DNA of 62,550 nt, counting the filler, from Pirum gemmata (lineage: Eukaryota), in the NCBI GenBank assembly GCA_002812295.1. It is 12 parts of 12 records of this genome, joined end to end, with 100 filler letters (N's around TTAATTAATTAA, not from the genome) between each part and the next. Parts side by side here need not be neighbours in the genome. Positions count along the whole stretch, not along the records: positions 1 to 7,050 come from PDIN01001411.1; positions 7,151 to 13,416 come from PDIN01001413.1; 10 more parts are not named here. One strand, written 5' to 3'. The notes under the pieces are model-generated. The model was not told where the DNA came from and made no database searches. It saw only the letters and a program-made list of their open reading frames with translations. A program made the position numbers and the translations under genes. Below, piece after piece: positions 1 through 9,757 of the stretch. Each line of letters starts with the position of its first letter. The first letter of the stretch is position 1.

Positions 1-1
1 G

Positions 2-343
2 GAACAAGAGCAATATCAAAATACTCAAGAACAGGAACAATATCAAAATACCCAAGAACAGGAACAATATCAAAATACCCAACAAGAACAATTTCAAAAT
101 ACCCAAGAACAGGAACAATATCAAAATACCCAAGAACAGGAACAATATCAAAATACCCAAGAGCAATATCAAAATACCCAAGAACAAGAGCAATATCAAA
201 ATACCCAAGAACAAGAGCAATATCAAAATACCCAAGAACAAGAGCAACATCAAAATACCCAAGAACAAGAGCAATATCAAAATACCCAAGAACAACCAGG
301 AAACGAAAATGTTTCTAGACCAGAGGTTATCCATTATTATTGA
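2..343 (+). CDS. 3' end of a gene running off the window, with (QEQEQYQNT)n repeats
   Basis: Frame 2 is open from base 2 to TGA at 341-343. The ~27-bp tandem repeat varies by whole codons and ends ...QPGNENVSRPEVIHYY*. It overlaps the convergent gene by 7 nt. Not in the ORF track. Confidence 0.7.
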   Translation, partial: EQEQYQNTQEQEQYQNTQEQEQYQNTQQEQFQNTQEQEQYQNTQEQEQYQNTQEQYQNTQEQEQYQNTQEQEQYQNTQEQEQHQNTQEQEQYQNTQEQPGNENVSRPEVIHYY

Positions 344-783
344 CAGTAAGAACTTGGAATTTCTGGTAACTTATACCTATCTAATAAATCATTATTCTGC
401 GATATTTTAATTAAACGATTAAATATTTTATAAAACATAGCCGTATGACCAATTTCTGTACACAAACAATGTGCATACTCGTGTAACAATACATAGAATA
501 ACACCTTATAGTCGTAAACTTGATTAGTTTTTGAATCTCTAATACATAAATAAATTTTCTTTTTATCCAAGGTAAATGATTGTTGGTTCATTTTAGATTC
601 ATAAATTTCAATATTTTTTTCACTACTAGGAAATATTTTTATTAAATCATTTCTTAATTTAGTTATGACATAATCTTCCTTTTTTTCATGACGTAGAAAC
701 AAACTTCTTTTAACATATAATAACACTATCAAAATAATTATAATAAATAACAATAATAAAATAATAAATAAAGTCTTTCTCAT
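337..783 (-). CDS. Membrane-anchored zinc metallopeptidase (WLM-like, NCLDV type)
   Basis: N-terminal TM helix; SFTLDKKKIYLCIRD...YVLLHEYAH...IGH..F (HExxH plus third His). This layout is typical of small giant-virus metallopeptidases. Confidence 0.8.
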   Translation of the reverse strand: MRKTLFIILLLLFIIIILIVLLYVKRSLFLRHEKKEDYVITKLRNDLIKIFPSSEKNIEIYESKMNQQSFTLDKKKIYLCIRDSKTNQVYDYKVLFYVLLHEYAHCLCTEIGHTAMFYKIFNRLIKISQNNDLLDRYKLPEIPSSYCQ

Positions 784-829
784 TTTATTCTTTTCTTTTT
801 TAATAAATTAGTTTAAATTATTTTCAAAC

Positions 830-1396
830 ATGAACGAGGGTTTAACAATTAGATCTGAACCGAATTTAATGGAGTTGGTACCAACCAATATGTTCAGTCC
901 AGGTCAACAAATAATAGAAAATATTTCTATTTGTAATTCAAATTTACAATTTTTAAATAGATACGAAAAATATGAAAAGAATAAGGCATTAATAAAAGAA
1001 TATTTAAATGATGTACAGTTAAGAGTGAAAAAAATGACTGAATTAAAATCTAAATATAAACGAAAAGATAATTTTTCACAAATTTCCATTATGGCTATTT
1101 TAGGAATAGTTTCTGTATTAGAGTTATTATCATTTGGTAAAAATGAATTAAGTGCTCCAATTAGTTTATTATCAGGAATTTTGAATATTATAACATTATC
1201 TGTTATAGGTGGTGTACGCTACATGAAATGGCAATCCAAAGCTGATTTTTCGAAGGTAGTATTAATCATGACCCAAGATTTGGAGACAGAAATTAGAAAT
1301 CATTTGGCTAATTCTGATGTTGAAACATTGGAAAAGTATGTTACTCAATTAGAAAAAAAATTTCAAGCTCTAAATAACGTTTTTAATTACATATGA
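830..1396 (+). CDS. Two-TM protein, SLATT/DUF4231-like
   Basis: Basic helix, two hydrophobic segments (ISIMAILGIVSVLELL; ISLLSGILNIITLSVIGGV), then a KW-containing coiled-coil tail. Confidence 0.55.
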   Translation: MNEGLTIRSEPNLMELVPTNMFSPGQQIIENISICNSNLQFLNRYEKYEKNKALIKEYLNDVQLRVKKMTELKSKYKRKDNFSQISIMAILGIVSVLELLSFGKNELSAPISLLSGILNIITLSVIGGVRYMKWQSKADFSKVVLIMTQDLETEIRNHLANSDVETLEKYVTQLEKKFQALNNVFNYI

Positions 1397-1914
1397 TTTA
1401 TACTACTGAATTTCTTACTGATAATTGCGCCACTTACATTGATGCTGTTAAAAGATTCGTTCCAGATGCCGTGTTTTTCATGGTTTCTTGGTGTGATATT
1501 TCTAAAAAATTAAATCATAGGATTAACAGTATTTTTCAAAATGTAAATGATATAAAAATTTTTATTTTATTTATGGACAATATTGATTTTTCATTTAATT
1601 TACCATTATTATCTGATGAAAATTTACCTATACTTCAAATATTTAAAAAAAATCAATTATATTGTTCTTTACATTTAATAAATAATAATCATAACACAGA
1701 CGTTATTAATATATTACAAAATATACAAATAGAACAATTTTCAAATAAATTTCCTTTACTTAATACTAATACAAATATTGAAAACGAAAATGAAGATAAT
1801 GATTTTGAACAAGATGATGATTTTGAACAAGATGATGATTCTGATGATGAGGATGAGGATGAGGATGAGGATGAGGATGATGAAAATTTTGAACAAAATG
1901 ATAAGGTTTGTTGA
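1393..1914 (+). CDS. Thioredoxin-fold protein with acidic tail
   Basis: FFMVSWCDISKKL (WCxxS variant), later LPILQIFK cis-Pro-like strand, D/E tail. ATGA overlap with the upstream gene. Confidence 0.6.
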   Translation: MIYTTEFLTDNCATYIDAVKRFVPDAVFFMVSWCDISKKLNHRINSIFQNVNDIKIFILFMDNIDFSFNLPLLSDENLPILQIFKKNQLYCSLHLINNNHNTDVINILQNIQIEQFSNKFPLLNTNTNIENENEDNDFEQDDDFEQDDDSDDEDEDEDEDEDDENFEQNDKVC

Positions 1915-2181
1915 AGAATGAAAAAACATAAAAAAAATATTATTCGTTCTTAAAATAAATGCTACAAGAACTTCTGGATTACAAGAGTGAAATTTTTAAA
2001 AAGTTAAGTATTACATGTATAGTCTTACATATTGGAATGAAAAACTATAACAATTTAATAGATAAGTTTTTGGACAAATACAAAATTAATAATTTATTTT
2101 TAAGAATACAGTAATATTTATAATGGTAATATTAAGTTATTATGCCTATACAATATTCAGTCAATATATTTACGTCTAGAA

Positions 2182-3549
2182 TTAATCAAATTCGGTTGGT
2201 CTCCACTTACATTTACTCAAACATTTCAGATTACATAATTTTACTTTTTTAGGTATGTTAATATGATTACCATGTTCAACGAAAATAACACTTTTTACAA
2301 CACCATGAGCATGTTTTGTAATAGGGTTATCACAAAAACTACAATGTGCATTGTATTGAATAACTTTTTTAATAAATTCATCTTCGAAATTTATTTTAGG
2401 ATATTGTGGTATTGAATAGTCTGATAATTTGAATTGTTCTTGTAAATCCTGAATATTAAAAATTTCAAATACCATACCTGTTTTTTGTGATGTATCGCTC
2501 CCACTCCCACTATCATCATCTTCATCCGATAAATCTTGATGTTGTTTGACAATAGGTATTACATAATTGATTGTTCGTTTTTTGTATTCTTTTATAACAG
2601 ACCCATTTTTACTTAATACATTTTTATAATATTCATTAACATCAAAAAATTTATTGTTTTGAATTGTTTCTCGAGAAACATCACATTTATTTATCTTGCC
2701 AATTTCTTTATCACTTAAAACAGTATTGTTTACAGATGTGGTTTCGTATGTTTCATTAAAACTAACAGGATCAATTTTATCTATAATTAAATGTAACTGT
2801 CTAAGACTTTCTTTATTGTAAAAACACTTGGGTATTTGCACTGATGATGATTTCATATTTTTTGAAATTAGGTAAAATCTAACCAAACTTTGTACACATA
2901 ACATATTACGATATAGTAATATTTGTTGCATAAATTTAACCTGATCACTTCTCTTCAATCCAATGTTAAATCTTTCTAAGTCAACTGTAGAATCATCCGT
3001 ACCAAACAATGATTTATCGTTAATAAAAAGAAATTTTTCTGGTTTATTTTTCCAATCAATACTTAAATCATACAATGTTTCACTACCAAGTACAACGAAT
3101 TTGTTCATTATGTCTTCATTCATAAGAATCATAATGTCACATAATCTACATAAAAACGATAGCAAAGATCCATTTTTCATTTTGATAATTTGTTTTTCTC
3201 GTTTGATCATGGATCGTATTTGTGGCGCTGATGGAAAACTATGTTTGATACAATTTTCTTTAATAAATTTTAATTTCCCATATTTTACCTTCCATGTTTT
3301 TTTTACCTTTTGTTGAATTTCAGCACAAACTGAACTTATAAATTCATTTATCATTCCTTCTAAAATGTTATTATTCAATTGTTTCATATTCATCGCAATT
3401 AACACATTGAATTTATCATTGTGAAATTTTTCACAAAAATTTTGTAAATGCGTTTTTAAATCATATGATCCTACATATTGGTTATTACTAGCTAATACAG
3501 TATTGTCGACAAAAAAGAATGGAATACTGTCTTTCTGTTTATTATTATC

Positions 3550-3590
<41 letters not shown>

Positions 3591-4179
3591 CATTATTATC
3601 ATTATCATCATTATCATCATTATTATTATTATCATTATTATCATTATCATCATTATCATCATTATTATCATTATCATCCTCTTCTTCTTCTTCTTCTTCT
3701 TCTTCTTCTTCTTCTTCTTCTTCTTCTTCTTCTTCTTCTTCTTCTTCTTCTGGTTCTTTTTGGATATTATTACTTTTGACATTTAATTTTTCTTTCATTT
3801 GTGGAATTTCGTTATTTATTGTTTCCTTCATTATTCTATGTTCTGGTTTGTATTTTTTACTTTTATCAATTTCTTCTGTTTCATTATTATCTAAAATATC
3901 TTCATATAATAATTCCTCTTCTGTATCTTCGTCTTTATTATAGTCCTTTTGCCCGAGTTTTACATAATAATCATCACCAGGGTTTTTAATAGAATCCTTG
4001 AGTTTTATTATATCATCCTCTTCACTGAGTTTTATAGAATGCTCATCTTCTTTTGTTATATCATCCTCTTCACTGAGTTTTATAGAATGCTCATCTTCTT
4101 TTGTTATATCCTCTTCTTTCCCGAGTTTTATAGAATGTTCAAGAATACTCTGCTGACAATGTGCCTGGGGTAGAATGGA
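2182..4179 (-). CDS. Large acidic virus-like protein with C-terminal Zn finger; 5'-truncated
   Basis: The 549-aa ORF ends CSFC...KLCNLKC (TRASH/MYM-like). The frame stays open for 116 more acidic codons upstream of the ATG at 3831, with no start codon before TAG at 4180-4182. Confidence 0.7.
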
Positions 4180-4244
4180 CTAGGACCATTACGCCAGAGA
4201 AACTTGCAGAGTATTACAACTTTAGGCTCACTGGAAATGTAGAT

Positions 4245-4275
<31 letters not shown>

Positions 4276-4409
4276 NNNNNNNNNNNNNNNNNNNNNNNNN
4301 NNNNNNNNNNNNNNNNNNNNNNNNNNNNNNNNNNNNNNNNNNNNNNNNNNNNNNNNNNNNNNNNNNNNNNNNNNNNNNNNNNNNNNNNNNNNNNNNNNNN
4401 ATAAATCAT

Positions 4410-5438
4410 TTAACACAAACTATACTTACATGGCGAATGTTTATGCTGAACATCATTATCTAATTTTTGTCTCTTATTATTTTTCTCGTACAGTTCGCTC
4501 TTCCTTTTCTTTTTTAGCTCCTTCAACTCTTTTCGCTCTTTCTTTTTTTCCTTTTTTAATTTTCCTAACTCCTTCCACATGCATTTTTTCTTTTTTGATT
4601 GTTTATTACTATTACTATTAGTATTAGCATTGTGATTGTCATCAGAACTATTTTTCATAATAGTAGTGGTGGTAGTAGTAGTACTAATTGTTGTTTTGCT
4701 AGTATTGGTATTGGTATTGGTATTAGTAGCAGTAGGAATAGTGGTAGTAGTAGAAGTATTACTATTATATATATTTTTTTCCTGTTTAACAGAAATCGCG
4801 TGCGAATTGCTTTTTTTCGTTCTCTTTGCTGGGGCTTTAAACTGAAAGGATTCGGTAATATCAATTTTAGTAGAATTAGACGTATTGGCACCTTCAAGCC
4901 CTGGTTCGGTTTTAACACGTATGTTCGCAATACTCTGATTTGAGCTTGTCTCTTTAGAAGCACTGTCAACAGGATAAACTGAAACTGGTGCCTTTTTTTT
5001 GACTAATCCAGTTGTTGAAAGGTTGTGGTTGTTGTTGAGGTTGGGGTGGTTGTTGTTGTTGAGGTTGGGGTGGTGGTTGTTGTTAAGGTTGGGGTGGTGT
5101 TGTACATGGCGTTGATGATGTTCGGGCTGTTGTGAATTTGGTTCAATTTTCACTTCTATTTTAAGGGAGGGAAATTTCAGCTTGTGTTGGTTACTATTAA
5201 TGTGGTTATCATTGTTGGGTTTTAATTGGCGTTGTTGCGGTTGTGGTTGTTGCCCTTGTTGCACTTGTTGCCCTTGTTGTGGCTGGTGATTGTTTGAAAG
5301 CGGATCGGTTTTCACTTTCAAGTTTATGGCGTTGGAAGCATTACTAGAAACATTATTGAAAGCTCTAGACGAATTCATCTTTGTGAAAGTTGAATCAGAA
5401 TCAGTTACTAATTCTGGTTTTACTGTTGGACCTATCAT
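4410..5438 (-). CDS. Low-complexity, probably nuclear protein (possibly a terminal exon)
   Basis: 342-aa N/Q/T-rich ORF with several psi-K-x-E/D motifs and a K-rich NLS-like tail. Confidence 0.55.
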   Translation of the reverse strand: MIGPTVKPELVTDSDSTFTKMNSSRAFNNVSSNASNAINLKVKTDPLSNNHQPQQGQQVQQGQQPQPQQRQLKPNNDNHINSNQHKLKFPSLKIEVKIEPNSQQPEHHQRHVQHHPNLNNNHHPNLNNNNHPNLNNNHNLSTTGLVKKKAPVSVYPVDSASKETSSNQSIANIRVKTEPGLEGANTSNSTKIDITESFQFKAPAKRTKKSNSHAISVKQEKNIYNSNTSTTTTIPTATNTNTNTNTSKTTISTTTTTTTIMKNSSDDNHNANTNSNSNKQSKKKKCMWKELGKLKKEKKKERKELKELKKKRKSELYEKNNKRQKLDNDVQHKHSPCKYSLC

Positions 5439-5984
5439 CTTTATAATTTAATTTTGGGTTTTGGTTTTTAACTGTTTGCTTATTCATTTATTCATTTATT
5501 GTAATTGCTGTTTAGTCATTGTTTTATTTCTTGTTCTTGTTCTTGTTTTTGGTTTTGGTTTTAGGTTTGTTCTTGTTCTTTTTCTTGTTCTTGTTATTGT
5601 TATAGTTCTTGTTCTTGTTCTTGCTCTTGCTGTTCTTACTGTTCTTGTTCTTCGTGTTATTGTTGCTCTTTTTTTATTGTTCTTGCTGTTCTTGTTGTTC
5701 TTGTTCTTGTTCTTGCTGTTCTTGTTGCTGACGTTGTTTGGAGTGAATTTGTGTATAGTAAACAAAAACTACAAAATAGTTGAAAGTTTAAAACCGCAAC
5801 CTTTATATTTATAAATATTTATATATATATTTAGATATTTATATCCGATATATAACTTAATATAAATATTAATATTAATATAATATATTATATTATAAAC
5901 CGGTACCGATGTATCGTGTTAATTGTTTCCTCTATTATTATTATTTTTTTTTATTTATTAATTTATTTTTTTTATTTTTTTTAT

Positions 5985-6143
5985 TATTTTTTTTTTTTTT
6001 TTTTTTTCCCACATCGCTCTCTGTACCTCCGATGTATAGCGGGGTGTCCCTTGAGTAGCGACTGGATCTAGCACCCTTTCTTTTTGTTTCGACATTTGAC
6101 AGAGGCAGTGGATCGAACCGCTAACCTTTAGGTTTTCAGACTC
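5985..6143 (-). mobile_element. 5'-truncated tRNA-Phe-derived SINE-like element
   Basis: Minus strand reads GAGTCTGAAAACCTAAAGGTTAGCGGTTCGATCCACTGCCTCTGTCA (GAA anticodon loop and B box), then a ~90-nt body and a poly(A) tail. Confidence 0.6.
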
Positions 6144-6577
6144 TTTTTTTTTATTTTTATTATAGTCTAGGTGATTTTTGGTTCTTTGCCAGGTGGTAGC
6201 CTGGTCAGGGTCTCGGGGTGTCCCCCCGGCAATGGCCAGTCAAGTTATCCATAATAATTATAATATTATTATGTATGTATTAATATGATAATTATAGATA
6301 AAAATGACGACATCCACCATACAAGCATGAGCAGCATGCATGAGCAGTTGCATCACTTGCATGAGCCATATGATTATGAATTTATGATATCATTGATAGA
6401 CCTGTCACCTATGAGCTCAAAAATCCCCTCTATTTTTTAAAAAAGAAAATCTCAAAAATAATTGACAAAATGCTCCAATGACACTACCAAATGTTTAGAA
6501 ATAATATATTATAATAATAATATATTAATAATAATTAATATATATGATTCCCAGACTATTATAATATTATTATTATA

Positions 6578-6760
6578 GTGCTTTTCAGTTGTTTTGTCAT
6601 TATAAAATAATATACAATAAATAGTACCAAATAAATACAATATAAATCCATTTTATATATTTTGGTATATTTTATTATCTATGTATTGATTTAAAAATGT
6701 CACTTTAAATATTATAACCCTCCAAATAAATATTTAGAGTGACAAAATTAATGAAAAGCA
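6578..6760 (-). mobile_element. MITE family A (~183 bp)
   Basis: TIR GTGCTTTTCA...TGAAAAGCA(C); same internal sequence as six other copies. Confidence 0.85.
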
Positions 6761-7050
6761 GAGACTACTATATTTTAAAAAGAAAACAGTAAGAAAACTC
6801 CTAGAAGAAAACTCTACTCTAGCTAGCTAGGAAAACTCCTACTAGCTAGCTAGTAGCTATCGATAGCTCTCTACTATACCAAGACCGGGGTCTATTAGGG
6901 GGTCTATACCGGTATAAATAAATCAATATCGAATAACCAGAAATTATTATTTTAAATACTATGGTGGACGCAACTTATACATAATAGTATCTCAAATTGT
7001 TTCAAATTTTTTGTAAGTCCGAAAAAATCCTGTTTTTTTAATTTTTTCTA

Positions 7051-7150
7051 NNNNNNNNNNNNNNNNNNNNNNNNNNNNNNNNNNNNNNNNNNNNTTAATT
7101 AATTAANNNNNNNNNNNNNNNNNNNNNNNNNNNNNNNNNNNNNNNNNNNN
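7051..7150. other. Artificial contig spacer (first of 11)
   Basis: N44-TTAATTAATTAA-N44. Others start at 13417, 17732, 23429, 27707, 36539, 40822, 45094, 49352, 53645 and 58294. Confidence 0.95.
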
Positions 7151-8540
7151 ATTAATTTAACATCAAATTTTGAAAAAAGAAAATTTGGGTTAGGGTTTGG
7201 GGTTAAATGCCCGTGTATGTTTTAATTTGTATAAACAAATTAATTATTATTAAAATTAATTAATTTAATTAATTTAACATCAAATTTTGAAAAAAGAAAA
7301 TTTGGGTTAGGGTTTGGGGTTAAATGCCCGTGTGTATGTTTTAGTCAACGTAAATGGTGGTGAGTTTGAAGAAGCTATAATGTTACTAACGGAAAAACAT
7401 GTGCCATTTAATTTACAAATAATTAAGAAATAGACTATTGGGTAATTGCCTAAAAAAGTAACCAAAACTATTATCACATGCGTTTGAAAAAACCAAAAAA
7501 AATTATGAAAATAGAGACTAGTTTATACAGAGGGAAACTAGCGCTAACTAATGAAGACGCATCAGGGAGTAATACTAAATTACTAATCACTGATGTCAGC
7601 GGGCTAGGTCTACTTTTGGCTACTTCTGGTCAGACTTTTGGCTCTCGCGCTTGATCGTTGGATATTGAACAATCGCACCAATTATAGATACATTTTGTTA
7701 CAATACTGTAAATACAGGAAAAGTAACCCTAACCAATGAAAATGCATCATGAAATTACTTACACCTTTTGGCTCTGGGGTTTCAACTTTCAAGTTTCAAC
7801 CGGGTTGGGCCCTTGGCTACTTTTGGTTAGACTTTTGGCTCTGGGGTTTGATCGTTGGTTACTGAGCAATCGCACCAAATATAGATACTACTTACTTCTT
7901 TTGGCTCTGGGGTTTCAACTGGGGTTGAATGAAAATTACTTACAAATTAAGAAATATACTATTGGGTAATAGGGGTAATTGCCTAAAAAAAAAAAAAAAA
8001 TGCACTTTGTTACTTACTTCTTTTGGCTCTGGGGTTTCAACCGGGTTTGGTCGTTGGTTCTTGAGTAATCGCACCAAATATAGATGCAATTTGTTACAAT
8101 ACTGTATATAGAGGAAAATAACCCTAACCAATGAAGATGCATCATGAAAATTACTTACAAATTAAGAAATAGACTATTGGGTAATTGCCTAAAAAAAAAT
8201 GCAGTTTGTGTGGTTTTTTATTGTATTGATTTTAAAAAATTATATTATTATTTTAAATATTCATATATAACATTATCACCATGTTATTGTTTATTGTTTA
8301 ATGTTAATATGGTTTATTAATATTGTTTATTGTTTATTGTTTATGAGTTTGGTGCTGTGAACTGTGCTTTGAGGAGGACTTTGTTCTGTTACCCCGGTTT
8401 TGTGTATAACGTAAGTTACGTAACTCTTGTGCCATTTAATTTACAAATTAAGAAATAGACTATTGGGTAATTGCCTAAAAAAGTTAGACTTTTGGCTCTG
8501 GGGTTTGATACAATTTGTTACAATACTGTAACTGTATATA
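7151..8540. repeat. Patchwork of locally duplicated modules
   Basis: Recurrent blocks: aattaagaaatagactattgggtaattgcctaaaaaa, cttttggctctggggttt, aatcgcaccaaatatagat. Confidence 0.75.
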
Positions 8541-8647
8541 GAGGTTAGGGTAAAAAAAAAACATTGTGTTTGTGTAATGATATATATTAAATATGGAATA
8601 CGATTTATTATTATAATTGGATTATTATAATTATGATATAATAATAA

Positions 8648-9757
8648 TCAGTAAAATGAAGTATAAGTTTTAGTAAAAGTAGAGCCACCCCCTACGTAGT
8701 TTATAACGAATGTACCACCATTTTTGGAAATTCTTACTTTCACCGAATCACCCCTTACAACGGAATATTCGACCGTTGAACTGTGCATACGAAAAGACCT
8801 CAAAACATTATGGCCTTGCATTCTCATTGTTTTTTCTCGACGACCCCAATTTCTTGGGTTCCAACTCCAATTCCTTGGGTGCCATCTATGATATTCCGCA
8901 CAGCGATACGTGAATTCCCCTTTACTATTAGTTTTTATGGTAAACATTTTCCCAACCTTATTGTTTCTAACATTATACCAATGGCCATTAGGTAACTTAA
9001 TATCAGCTCCTTTGTAATTACACCCAATATTGGCAAAAATTTTAGCATCTGTCAATTGTACAGGATCTGGCATAACGAAATGAACTACAGCATCTTTTGT
9101 TTCTATTACACCTTGTTTGAACGACATCCAAAATGCAGTAGCGAATTTGTCTTGCGCCTGAAGTATATGACTTAAACCAATGTACATTGAAAACGGATCT
9201 GCATGTATTATCCCTTTCCAAATTCTGTCCACCCCCTTACCAAACTCGTCCTTCGTCGCAAAAAACCCATCAATAACAGGACCAACTATCACGGCGCTTG
9301 CTAGACCACAAACAGCGGCACCGACCCCCATACTCGCCAAACCCAATCCTATACAACCAGCATCTACAGCACCTCCAATGACTGCTTTAGTGATAGCTTT
9401 AATACATTCGCTTTTGTCAGCTTTAGTTTTAAGTTTTTTGTGACAAATAGTATAGGCGGAATAAACTTGGACAGCAAACACTGCTACATCAGCAGCAATC
9501 CCGAAACCATCCATTGTTGAAAGTCCTTTGACCAAACCTTTGAATCCTTTGTTAGCTTCTTTGGTTTCTTTGATAGTTTCGGCAGCATGTTGAGGTGTAT
9601 GGGTTAAAGCGGTTCTAGCCTCTTTAGGTACGTCTCCTTCAGGAAGACCTCTTAATTTTCTGTTAATATTGTCTTTGAATTTCTTATATTCAGCCGAGGG
9701 CAAAGTAGTAAATTTCGTATTCCACCAATTTTTCAATTTAGTGAAATATTTTTTCAT
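8648..9757 (-). CDS. Glycine-zipper/hydrophobic-hairpin protein with beta-rich C-terminus; toxin-like
   Basis: 369-aa ORF with GFGIAADVAVFAVQVY and AVIGGAVDAGCIGLGLASMGVGAAVCGLASAVIVGP segments. Confidence 0.6.
   Translation of the reverse strand: MKKYFTKLKNWWNTKFTTLPSAEYKKFKDNINRKLRGLPEGDVPKEARTALTHTPQHAAETIKETKEANKGFKGLVKGLSTMDGFGIAADVAVFAVQVYSAYTICHKKLKTKADKSECIKAITKAVIGGAVDAGCIGLGLASMGVGAAVCGLASAVIVGPVIDGFFATKDEFGKGVDRIWKGIIHADPFSMYIGLSHILQAQDKFATAFWMSFKQGVIETKDAVVHFVMPDPVQLTDAKIFANIGCNYKGADIKLPNGHWYNVRNNKVGKMFTIKTNSKGEFTYRCAEYHRWHPRNWSWNPRNWGRREKTMRMQGHNVLRSFRMHSSTVEYSVVRGDSVKVRISKNGGTFVINYVGGGSTFTKTYTSFY

Larger units (their letters stand above)
1..4180. mobile_element. Putative endogenous giant virus (Nucleocytoviricota) fragment
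   Basis: Five intronless, tightly packed or overlapping genes with NCLDV-typical products, unlike the intron-rich remainder of the window. Confidence 0.65.

Noticed and set aside
6097..6143. Functional tRNA-Phe gene
   Set aside because: The 5' acceptor strand and D arm are missing.
7095..7106. Recurrent TTAATTAATTAA motif and ~4.3-kb periodicity
   Set aside because: Always inside N44 flanks, so it is an assembly linker. The spacing most likely reflects similarly sized concatenated scaffolds, and cross-spacer gene neighbourhoods were not interpreted.
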